Assembly (NCBI RefSeq): GCF_016432865.1
Contig: NC_067399.1
Coordinates: 261,392,001-261,456,000 of the forward strand
Length of the DNA stretch: 64,000 bases
Origin: Antechinus flavipes
Lineage: Eukaryota
Reading direction: 5' to 3'
In this document: piece after piece, positions 17,624-27,330 of the stretch
Numbering within the stretch: the first letter of the stretch is position 1
Layout of the letters: each line of letters starts with the position of its first letter
Program-made: the position numbers and the translations under genes
Notes under the pieces: generated by a model
The model's database searches: none
Told to the model about the DNA's origin: nothing
What the model saw: only the letters and a program-made list of their open reading frames with translations

Positions 17624-18382
17624 CCTAGTGAGGAGAGAGGGTCACACAGGATCAACACCAAGGAAAATCTGAATTTGTGGAACCTTCCTGTTATTAACTG
17701 TCCACATAATGGGTTTTAGAGTAGGTTCCCTATTATCTCTTCTAAAGAGCTGAGTTTCATCATGATTGAGCAATAATTTTTGTGTGTCTGTCACTAACAT
17801 GGATTTCTCAAAACCCATATGAATTGCCTTGTGCCAGGTACATAGAGCATGTTAAATAAATGCTTATTTGTTTGACAAGCTGACTAAATAAAAGTCTTAT
17901 TGACTAGAAGAAGTGATAGCCAATTTTTTCAAGATGAGAAAAGAAATGAATTGAAAATACATGAAAAGGTTGTTTTGATAACAGAAATTTGGCAGCAGAA
18001 ATGATTGGCTGTAAGACTAAGACTTGTGGTGGGAGGTTGAACTACCTTACCTGTATATTTCTTTAAGATATATTTCAGCAGACATTTATTGAAATCCTAT
18101 TTGAAGGAGCAGGGAGCTGATTGTATAAATGGGGAACAAGGATGCCACTGTTGCACATTAGCCTTGGATGTTTAGTTAAAATTTGTTTTAATAGTTTTGA
18201 GGTAATGAAGGTGTGGGAGAAGGAACCCTGCTTTGGGATTGTATACTTGTTGAGGGTTAGGAAGGGAAGAGCTCCTCCTTTATGACGAGCTGAGCTCTTG
18301 CCTAATAAGGTTCCTGTGGGGAACCTTCTCTTTCCTCCCTTATCTGCAGCTGTCATTGGCAGCAAGTGGTCAGAGAATTAAC

Positions 18383-18470
18383 CAATATAAGGTGAAGCGG
18401 GAGAACTCGAGAGAAGGAGACAGCAAGGTCAGTGAGGTGGTCAGGTGGGGGGCTCAGGAGTTGCAAAACA
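18383..18470 (-). pseudogene. SLC12 pseudo-exon, weak match to NCC exon 16
   Basis: PPPDHLTDLAVSFSRVLPLHLIL followed by GTTAAT resembles [30 protein letters not shown]. Heavily decayed. Confidence 0.4.
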
Positions 18471-18792
18471 ATGCCTCCAGGCCAAATATTTGACTTTTTT
18501 GTCAAGCCAGGCCTTGTGCTAAGAATGATTTTTACATTTTGCAAAATATAAAGCCCATTTTTAGCTCAAGTGCTGTACAGAAACAGGCAGCTGGCTAGAT
18601 GTGGTCCTCCAACCCTTGTTTACCCACTCCTGCTTTAGCCTGTTGCTTATATCCTCTGCACATATGCGAGTACACACACACCTACACACACATGCATTTC
18701 AAGGTCTGTAGTAGAAGTCGTCCCCTGCTCTTTTCTTAATTCTTACTTAATGCCCTATTTCCTATATTTCCATTCTCCATGCCCTTCCTTAC

Positions 18793-18933
18793 CAGGCTTC
18801 CTATGGAAACTGTAGAATAGCAGAAGAATGAATCATACAGCTATTAGTGCTGCTCACCAGGTAAAGAAAAACATGATTAGCGGGCAAAGCAGGGATAGCC
18901 ACGGACTATACCATTTTAATTAAGGGTGCCAAT
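18793..18933 (-). pseudogene. SLC12 pseudo-exon (NCC exon 14 equivalent)
   Basis: Intact AG/GT. Translation WHP*LKWYSPWLSLLCPLIMFFFTW*AALIAV*FILLLFYSFHRKP versus NCC WRPSFQYYNKW...IMFLLTWWAALIAI...YKKP. Three stops. Confidence 0.9.
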
Positions 18934-19107
18934 CTAAGCCAGAGAGGAGACTATAAACTGTCCCTCACTATTAATCCTCAACTATGACTCAGACTTACGA
19001 GGTTCTATTCCAAATCATCAGCCACCTCCTGGGTCCCAGTTCTGTTGACAGCACCCTCCCAATTTTTTTCTCTAAATCTCCCCAATCTAAGAAATTCCTG
19101 CAGTCAC

Positions 19108-19212
19108 CAGGTGAGTGGGTGAGCAAGGTGTGGAAGCAACTGAAGTTGACAAGGGCATACATAGGAACAGGAAGAAGTTGGAGATGGTGGAAGCAATAAT
19201 GTTCAGCTTGAG
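19108..19212 (-). pseudogene. SLC12 pseudo-exon (NCC exon 13 equivalent)
   Basis: Intact AG/GT. Translation LNIIASTISNFFL..YALVNFSCFHTLLTHSPG versus [34 protein letters not shown]. Internal indels. Confidence 0.93.
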
Positions 19213-19561
19213 CTTCAAAGGAGAAATGAGAGCTAAATGAGAACATTCAAAGTGAGGAACATGGGAAATGGGCTCAGAAATCTTGGGGAATCATCCCCAT
19301 AGCTTCCTATAGATTGAGTCATTTTCTTAAATTCTAGGGAATTGGAGAAAGGGGAAGTAGGGATGATGGATGAGTTTTTAGAAACAAGTATTAAGTGCCT
19401 ATTATGTGTTAGGCACTATGCTAAACACTACATATTATCTCATTTGACGGAAGGGGTATAAGTCCAGGACAACTTAATAGGGGAATAGGAGGGGGTACAA
19501 GCTACATAAAAGAGGAACAAAGCAATGGGTGGGGCCTGATAGGATGAGGAAGAATCTTTAC

Positions 19562-19676
19562 CAATGAAAATAAAGCCTATAGCAATGATGGTGAGCAAGT
19601 GCCAGTGACTCATTGTTCTTGTTCATCCTTTCCCAAAGAAGCTAATGACAGGGTACAGCTTGTCCTGGCATAGACA
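19562..19676 (-). pseudogene. SLC12 pseudo-exon (NCC exon 12 equivalent)
   Basis: Intact AG/GT. Translation CLCQDKLYPVISFFGKG* ... LLTIIAIGFIFI versus CLCEDQLYPLIGFFGKGYG...AIAVAFIII. TGA at 19623-19625. Confidence 0.93.
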
Positions 19677-20349
19677 CTGAAGGAGTGGGTGGTTTAGTAA
19701 AAGCTGAGACTGGAATCCCCACGTGATGGGTAAAACAACACTTTTACCTCCTTTACAGGGGTTGGGAAGGATTTGTAAAAGCATAAAAATGACAGGAACC
19801 TGAGACAGAGATGGTATGGGGGAAATGTTGTGGAGAGGTGAGGGGATAGAGAGAGAGAGAACTCATGGAATCTCAAGGATGTACTGGCTCTAAACCAAGA
19901 TACATCTTTAGATGAATATGGAAGGAGATGGTGTGCTAGTACAGGCTCTCACAGATTCCTGACAGTGTATTAAGTTTTCAATATAAGCATTTACATTTGG
20001 AAGTTGGCAAATGCCACAAAATTAGGACTTAATTGATTGTTTTATTCATTGTCTACTTGTAAGAAAGGGATGGAGAAAATGTTAATAATGCAGATTGAAT
20101 TTGAAGCCTTTCGATATTGTATGGGTTTTNNNNNNNNNNNNNNNNNNNNNNNNNNNNNNNNNNNNNNNNNNNNNNNNNNNNNNNNNNNNNNNNNNNNNNN
20201 NNNNNNNNNNNNNNNNNNNNNNNNNNNNNNNNNNNNNNNNNNNNNNNNNNNNNNNNNNTCTTTTAAAGAACCAACCAGCTAGAGCCATATGTGTCCCTAC
20301 CTGACTATAAGGAACCCCAAACTCCCCACTTGTCCTTCTCCTGACTGAC

Positions 20350-20445
20350 CTGGAAGACTTTGGGAGCAGAGACAAAGCAGGAGAGAGCAGAGTGTAGCAC
20401 TGAAGATTGCAGCAGAGAACTGAAGGCAGACACCATGCTCATGGT
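20350..20445 (-). pseudogene. SLC12 pseudo-exon (NCC exon 11 equivalent)
   Basis: Intact AG/GT. Translation TMSMVSAF...(shifted frame AAIFSATL)...SALSCFVSAPKVFQ versus [36 protein letters not shown]. Confidence 0.93.
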
Positions 20446-20607
20446 CTAGAGAAATAAGGTTGGTCAAGAATAGAAACTGAAGTCTACTCATTCTTCCTTT
20501 CTCCCCTCCCCCTCTTGGATTTCCTCCAGACCAGAATAACTTCTGCTGTTAATCAGTCATCTCAATATCATATCCTCATTCGAGCATCTCTCTTCTTTGT
20601 CACTCAC

Positions 20608-20759
20608 CGATTGATAGTGGTTAGACAGTCCATAGGTACAGGAGCCAAGTTCCTTACAGCTGCTGAAGCCCCAGCCATTTGGATACTCTGGCCCATAGCT
20701 CCTATTCCTCACACCCATATCTATCATATTCCCTGAAGCTTCTGGCACTACACAGGAAC
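20608..20759 (-). pseudogene. SLC12 pseudo-exon (NCC exon 10 equivalent)
   Basis: Translation SCVVPEASGNM...GWGFSSCKELGSCTYGLSNHYQ versus SCVVRDASG...[22 protein letters not shown]. The acceptor reads AA and the donor GTGAGT. Confidence 0.9.
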
Positions 20760-20949
20760 TTGAGAAGGGGCTAAGGATACAAGTCTCTTCTCAGGGAGAG
20801 GCCCCTTTCTAAGGGCAACACTGCAGAGTAGATAGAACAGTCCAACCCTCCCTCAGAACAGGAATTCCTTCTACAGTAGCCCTGGTAGGATGATTCAGCC
20901 TTACATGTCTGCGTTTTAATAATCAAAAAACATAAGATGATATATAAAT

Positions 20950-21120
20950 TGTATTTGTTCGGGCTAGCTTTCTGGAGGTCCTCCGGAAGGGCCTTGGATA
21001 CACACCATGAGGATGGACAGGAATAGAGTCCAAAGTTTTTATTGTCTTTTACACAGTCTATGTCTGTCATAGTCTGATTCAGTCTCCTCCAGCAGTCTGC
21101 CAGTCTGACTTCCTTGCAGA
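20950..21120 (-). mobile_element. LTR 3' fragment
   Basis: On the minus strand it has GACAATAAAAACTTTGGAC and ends ...AGCTAGCCCGAACAAATACA. Truncated by the pogo element. Confidence 0.55.
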
Positions 21121-22560
21121 ATAAGACACTGTCTTATTATTTTTTTGGACAGAAAAACACCAGAGGGCTTATTTTCAGGGGAGGGCTTATTTTAATGAAC
21201 ATTGACAGCAATTTTAATAAACAGGTAAACGTGAACAAAAAAATGTACCTTTATTCAATAATGATCATGTCATCTTCTTCAACAACATCGTCATAAGTGT
21301 CCATACCCTGAATTCCGTCCTGGATGTCTTGCGCCTCTATTTCCTTCAGAAGAAGTGGACCCAATCTGTCATGTCCAGCAATATAGCTCTCTTTAAATGA
21401 ACATGTCTTGTCCAGGTAACCTGCCTTGGCGACACAGCTATCAGTAATTTTATCCCATGACTTCTTCACCCAAGTCACAACTTCTTGCAGACAGGGCTTC
21501 ACAAAGTTTCCACGCTGATTTCTTTCCATTCTATTTTCAATGTAGTCATTGACTTCCATGCGCAAATGGTCCTTGAATGGCTTGTTTATTGCAATATCAA
21601 GGGTGTGGAGATAGGCAGTCATTCCTGCAGGAAACCATTACTTGATCTATTCTTCTCTCTGCAAGGAAGTGCTGGCTGAATCCCAGATTATCAGACCTCT
21701 TTGGTTACCTCGCATAACAAGTGGCAGCATTAAATCAACCCACTTTCTTATAACGGCTTGTGTACATCAGACTTTTTCGGTTTCAAGAACATAAATGCCT
21801 GATACACGTTCAATCTTATCTTTCTTGCCCTTGATGATTAGAGGTGTGGCTTTCTTTCCATCCAAACGAATTGCCAAAACACAGGTGACCTGTGCACTTT
21901 CATAGCCAGTGGTGGGAATGTAGATTGACGTTGTACCCCTGTGATGAATTGTTGTTTGAGATCCTTGTCCCATAAACACTGCAGTTTCATCCATAGCAAT
22001 CATATTGCAGGTTTGGTACTTGGAAATGTCGATCCTATCAATAAAGGACTTGAATGCAAGTGCACGTTTAATAACTTCAGCATCTTCCAGCTTAAACAGT
22101 GTTGTTGATCTTCTTAGGGACAGTTCATACCATTGAAGGAAACTGTCCAACCAGTGTTGTGATGCTTTGAATTCTTCTGAGACCATTTCAAACTCTGGTG
22201 CCATTGAAAGGGCAAATGCTTGAATATCAGCCCTGCGCACAACCAAGGCCTTTGCTCTCCTGTCAGCAATCCATTCACCAATGAGGATCTCCAAGTCAGG
22301 ATATAAAGGTTGCCAACCTGATCCAGACCTGCGCTTTTTCCCTTTTCCCTCATCCACTTGTTGATTGAGGTTATTATAATCTGCTCTCCATTTTCTGATC
22401 ATTTGAAGATCCAAAAGTTTTTCTTTACAGAAAACTGCAAGATTCTTGCCATGTGACTCTTCTACAATTGCTTTCTTGTACTCAACAGTATAGCTCTTCC
22501 TTTTTGTACTCATGTCTGGGGGTCAAAACAGACAGAATAATAAAATTATGACCATCAGTC
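21121..22560 (-). mobile_element. pogo-superfamily (POGK/Passer-like) DNA transposon with a decayed transposase
   Basis: ORF 22513-21767 has an N-terminal helix-turn-helix region (KRKSYTVEYK...) and MDET. An in-frame TGA replaces W, then come WDSAS, a deletion and a 1-nt insertion, and TLDIAINKPFKD with an acidic tail to 21251. Subterminal palindrome ATAAGACA-C-TGTCTTAT and repeated GGGCTTATTTT. Full TIRs are not present. Confidence 0.9.
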
Positions 22561-22578
22561 CTTTTTTTCACTCCAGAT

Positions 22579-22917
22579 AAATCTCTCATTATAAAAGAGT
22601 TAAGCTGGAGCCCTCTTTTTGCAGAGGTCCCAAACATGCCAGCCTTACACCTGGCATGCCAGGATCCTCTGTCCACTGAAATCCTGTTTCTGGTGCCCTT
22701 CTTATTTCTATCTTCACCTATTTCCTTAACTGTACTTTAACCTTACTTCCAAACCCCATAATAAACCTCTTTTATCAATCTAGCTTCGGGCCAATAAATT
22801 CCTTCATTGGGAACTCGTGCCGCCACTAGACCTCATTTAACTCCATATCCTTGCGCTGCTGCTAGACCTCAATTAAACCCTAATTTCATTTAGGTACCCC
22901 ATATCTAGACCTCATCA
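22579..22917 (+). mobile_element. 5'-truncated LTR, family B copy 3
   Basis: Similar to 1934-2435 and more diverged. Ends CTAGACCTCATCA. Confidence 0.8.
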
Positions 22918-23039
22918 GATATCACTTTTGCCCGTTATATTCTCTTCATTATCAGCCTCTATTTCCTCTGAGAGGTTGAGCCAAGTAAAGACCAAGTAAT
23001 TCTGCAGGTGGGTCTTACTGATAGTGAGCTGAATCTTAC

Positions 23040-23125
23040 CAATAGTGGCAGTGGTGCCCAGGTAAGAAAGGATAGTCCAAAAGATGGCAAGGAGGAATGG
23101 CCTTAGGAATCGCTGTGGCTGGGTC
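23040..23125 (-). pseudogene. SLC12 pseudo-exon (NCC exon 9 equivalent)
   Basis: Translation DPATAIPK..(+1)..LLAIFWTILSYLGTTATIG versus [29 protein letters not shown]. The acceptor reads TG and the donor GTAAGA. Confidence 0.93.
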
Positions 23126-23589
23126 CAAGAGGCAGAAGCAAAGTGGAAAGAGGAAAGTGAACTGCATCTTCATACACACAGAGTTCTCATTGCCCCCACG
23201 CTCTTTCCCCAAGGTCAGCTCACTTCATTTAAGTTCCACCCTAACTCTTCTCCAATCGACGTCCTCTCATCCCCTCTAACAAGACTCTGCGTTGACAAAC
23301 ATCAGGTTTTGAGGAAGCTGGCGTGTTCTACTCCATCTCTGAGATTCAATGACCCCCTCTCACACTAGCCTTAAGATTGAGGGGAAATGCCATACCTCCT
23401 TGCAACGTGGGCCTCTTTCTCTGAGCACTTCATTTGAGTTCCCCAAGGCTTCTGGCTCTCCTGACACCTCCCTCTTTTTAGAGATTTTTGAGCCTAATCT
23501 TCCTTGCTTCATGAAAGAGTTTTCCCATCAGCCCTTACATCTCCCATCCTCCCTCTGCACTCTCTTCCAATAAGCTTCAATGTGCCTGG

Positions 23590-23706
23590 CTTGGACTCCT
23601 ACTCCATGCCAGCTAGTGAGACACCCAGCAGGATTATCATGGTCATAGTCCCCACGATCCTCAATTTGTTCTCTGGCTCAATCTGCTGCAGCTGCACCCC
23701 ATGTTT
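23590..23706 (-). pseudogene. SLC12 pseudo-exon (NCC exon 6 equivalent)
   Basis: Translation KHGVQLQQIEPENKLRIVGTMTMIILLGVSLAGME*ESK versus ...[30 protein letters not shown]. TAG at 23599-23601. Donor lost. Confidence 0.92.
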
Positions 23707-23886
23707 CTAGGTGAGGAGGGGTAAGGGAGAGGATCACAGACAGACCTTCAAGTAGAGAAAGTGTGTGGAAGGGAGAGGTGCACAGGGAAAGAAGCCCAAG
23801 ACATGCTTTGTCAAGGGGAGGATCACTTCTGGAAAGAGAAAAGGGAAAACATGAAGTGGGGAATGGGGTGTAGCTGGGTGCCATAA

Positions 23887-24016
23887 CCGAAGCAAGTCAC
23901 AGAAAGTCTCAGCAAAGCCCATGGGATGCATAGCCACAGCATCGGCAGGGGCCAGAAGAGGCGGATGGTGCCTCTGAGCTCCAGACCTGGACTCTGGAAG
24001 ATCAAGAACTTCGTGC
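23887..24016 (-). pseudogene. SLC12 pseudo-exon (NCC exon 5 equivalent)
   Basis: Translation GTKFLIFQSPGLELRGTIRLF..(shift)..AVAMHPMGFAETFCDLLR versus [23 protein letters not shown]...VAMHTVGFAETVRDLLQ. The donor reads TT. Confidence 0.9.
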
Positions 24017-24020
24017 CTAA

Positions 24021-24446
24021 TGTGAAAAGGTGCTCCAGATCACTATTGATCAGAGAAATGCAAATCCAGACAACTCTGAGACACCACTACACGCCTGTCA
24101 GATTGTCTAGAATGACAGGGAAAGATGATGAATGTTGGAGGGGATGTGGGACAACTGGGACACTGATGCATTATTGGTGGAGTTGTGAATGGATCCAACC
24201 CTTCTGGAAAACAATTTGGAACTATGCTCAAAAAGTTATTAAACTGTGCATACCCTTTGATCCAGCAGTGTTACTCCAGGGCTTATATCCCAAAGAGATC
24301 ATAAAGAAGGGAAGGGGGCCTGTATGTGCAAAAATGTTTGTGGCAGCCCTGTTTGTAGTGGCCAGAAATTGGAAACTAAGTGGATGCCGATCAGTTGGAG
24401 AATGGCTGAAAAAAGTATGGTATATGAAAGTAATGGAATATTATTG
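24021..24446 (+). mobile_element. L1 ORF2 C-terminal fragment, truncated at both ends
   Basis: Translation REMQIQTTLRHHYTPVR...CIPFDPA...MFVAALFVVARNW. Same subfamily as 43311 and 53497. No poly-A tail. Confidence 0.9.
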
Positions 24447-24899
24447 CCTATGATTGGACTAGCTCTTTGGAGGGCCTCAGAATCAATCAGCGTCAGGATC
24501 AAATTCCTTGGTCTTTAGGAGGAGAAGTAAAGGAGGCAGGCAAGTTGCCATGCAGCTCGTCAAAGATGAATCCTGGACTCCGGAGTCTGGAGTCTCCAGC
24601 TCTCTCCTCTTCCTGCCTCAGAGTGACTCTGACCTCTCTCCCTCAACCCTCCAATCCTTGCCTAAGATTACCTCACTACCACACATTCAGCAAGCCCCAA
24701 TTGTAGGAGAGCCATCACATCACCATCTCTCTAAATATATGTATATAGAACCATCATCTCACATCGAATAGGTAATTAGCCTTAAGTGCTCTGCTGTCTC
24801 AGGTTCAAGTATACCTTTTAGAGTTTCAGCCCTCTACAATTGTCCTATAAAAATGATGAACAAGCTGATTTTAGAAAGACCTAGATCCAAGAAAACTCT

Positions 24900-25290
24900 C
24901 CTGGATGGATAAAACATGAGGGGGGAGTAGAAATAGAAAAAAATCCACATATTATCATCTCAATGAAATCCTTTGTGGAAAATGCACAAAAATATTACTA
25001 CTAAATTTCAAAACCAGAACAAAGGGAAAATTTTGCAAGAAGCAAGAATTCAAATACACCAGAGCTACAATTAGAATTGTACAAGATTTCCAGAAATTAC
25101 AATAAAAGACTGTACTCATAGTTACCAACAATCAAAATAACTAGACCAGCTGCCAAAATCATATCCAAGAAAAATATCCATGATATTAAATGAAAAAATG
25201 AACATTCAATGAATTTGCAGATTTTCAGAACTTTCTATCAACCAAACCCAAACAATAGAAAATTTAACATATAAGAGCCAATATCAAATA
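24900..25290 (+). mobile_element. Old L1 ORF1 C-terminal remnant
   Basis: Decayed similarity to KILQAARK..FKY.GATIRI.QD and KWTFNE..DFQ.FL. Confidence 0.5.
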
Positions 25291-25828
25291 TCAATTTCAA
25301 GAAACTCAATATGGACAAATGGTTTATTTTTTTTTTACATGTCAAATACATACTCTATGTTTGATTCATAGCAACAACAGGGTAGTTCAAAAGAAAGATT
25401 GGCAGAGTTAAGGTAAAAATTAATTATACAAATGAGGTGCAGAGGAAGAATGGACACAGAAGCATTGCAGTAGTTCTGAAAACCTACTCAAATTGGGAAT
25501 CTTCCCTGATGTTTTGCTAAGCACATGATAATGTTCTCTTTTGTTTTGCATTCCTTTTCTGTTTTTCTGGGGTTTTTTGTTTTTGTTTTTTAATTTTAAA
25601 AAAAAAGTCTGGAAAGATTTACACAAACTAATGCTGAGCAAAACAAGCAGAACCAAAAATACATTGTATACAGTAACAACAAGATTGTGTGATGATCAAC
25701 TATGAACTTGGATCAACTTGGTTCTTCTTAGAACTTCTCAGAAGTTCAGTGATCTAAGGCAATCCAATAAACTTTGGATAGTAAATGTCATCTGCATTCA
25801 GAGAGAGAACTATGGAAACTGAATGTAA

Positions 25829-26016
25829 GGCAGTTAAATGGCGCAGTGGATAGAGCCCTATCCCTGAAGTCAGGAGGACCTGAGTTCAAATTTGGCCTCA
25901 GACACTTAATACTTCCTAGCTATGTAACCCTGGGCTAACACTAACCCCAATTGCCTCAGCAAAAAAAGAAAAAGAAAGAAAGAAAGAAAAAAAGAAAGAA
26001 AGAAAAAGAAACAAAA
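25829..26016 (+). mobile_element. WSINE1-like CORE-SINE with an A-rich tail
   Basis: GGCAGTTAAATGGCGCAGTGGATAGAG...GAGTTCAAAT...CCCCAATTGCCTCAGC followed by (GAAA)n. Confidence 0.85.
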
Positions 26017-26494
26017 CTGTGGTGAACAAGGCAGAAAGAAGAATGATAACTCATGTGAGTCATAATTAACATCCCTGGATTCTAATGCTCAGGCCCCAAA
26101 CACTGTCCTTCAAAACTCTCCTGTCTAAGTCCTTTTATTGGTTCATACCCATACCAACCTGGGCTGTGATCTAGGGTAACTAAAGGTAGAGGATGTGTTT
26201 CAGGGACAATCCCCCAAAGCTTTGGTTATTGACTTGTCCATTTTCTACCAAGTTAGAATCCAAGAAGAAACAATACTATTGAAGAGGAGAAACAAAAGCC
26301 AGTTCTATCCCCAGGATGGACTGAGAATTTAAGAGGTTTAGGGAGGAGGAAGTGTAGAGGACAAGAGTCAGGATTGCAGATCGAAAATGACCCATCTCCA
26401 CGGTCTTGTACCAAGGGACAAGTTCAGGGTGTTCCAAAGCTCTCTACCTATTGGAATGTTCAAAGATTGTGTACTTCTTTCTTCCCACCTGGAA

Positions 26495-27330
26495 TTTTTT
26501 TTCTTTTCTAGTAAATTTATTTTTTAATATACATTGCTTTATAAATCATGTTGGGAGAGAAAAATCAGCAAAAGGGAAAAACCATGGGAGAGATTAAAAA
26601 AAACAGAAAAAAAGTGAACATAGAATGTGCTGATTTACTTTCATTCTCCTTAGTTTTTTTTTTTTTTTTTTTTTCTGGATGCAAATGGCATTTTTTGTCT
26701 GAAGTCTATTGGGATTGCTTGGATCACTAAACCACTGAGAAGAACCAAGTCTTTCTTAGCTGATCATGCACATTCTTACTATTATGGTATACAATGTATT
26801 CGTGGTTCTGCTTGTTTCACTCAGTATCAGTTCATGTAAATCTTTTCACGCATTTCTAAAATCAGCTTGTTCATTTTTTATAGAACAGTAATATTCAATT
26901 ACCTGCATATATCATAACTTGTTCAGCCATTCCCTAGTTGATGAACATCTACTCATTTTCCAATTCTTTGCTACCACAAAAAAAAAAGCTGCTAGAAACA
27001 TTTTTGTACATGTGATTTCCCTGGGACCCAGACTCAGTAATGGCACTGCTGGGTCAAAGGGTATGCACAGTTTTTAGCCCTCTGGGCATACTTCCAAATT
27101 GCTCTCCAGAATCATTGGATCATTTTACAATTTCACCAACAAAACATTCGTGTCCCAGTTTTCCCACATCCCTCCAATATTTTTCTGTCATCTTAGCCAA
27201 CCTGAAAGGTATTTTAATTTTCATTTCTCTAATCAATAGTGATTTAGAGCATTTTTTCATATAGTTATGGATGGCTTTAATTTCATCATCTGAAAATTAT
27301 TTGTCATATCTTTTGACCATTTATCAGTTG
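26495..27330 (-). mobile_element. Older L1 3' end
   Basis: T-rich tail plus antisense ORF2 end. Flanked by a decayed direct repeat CTTTC..CCAC.T..GGA / CTTTCCACTCAGGA. Confidence 0.8.

Noticed and set aside
18590-18620. Minus-strand LEDHI resembling NCC exon 15 VEDHIK
   Set aside because: It lies in the decayed end of a MER58-like hAT element and has no flanking similarity.
18350-19110. Plus-strand exon-like segments (18350-18427, 18796-18860, 18993-19110) suggesting a novel gene
   Set aside because: Their apparent splice sites largely fall on the antisense of SLC12 pseudo-exons, and the joined product hits a stop and resembles nothing.
19748-19799. 52-nt minus-strand segment with good acceptor and donor inside the pseudogene
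   Set aside because: NCC has no exon between 11 and 12, and no frame resembles SLC12 sequence.
20259-20310. Weak second match to NCC exon 12 next to the N-gap
   Set aside because: A far better exon 12 with intact splice sites lies at 19562-19676.
23008-23061. Plus-strand exon and donor suggesting an LTR-driven first exon
   Set aside because: The donor is the antisense of the TCT TAC CTG codons of pseudo-exon 9, and there is no independent support.
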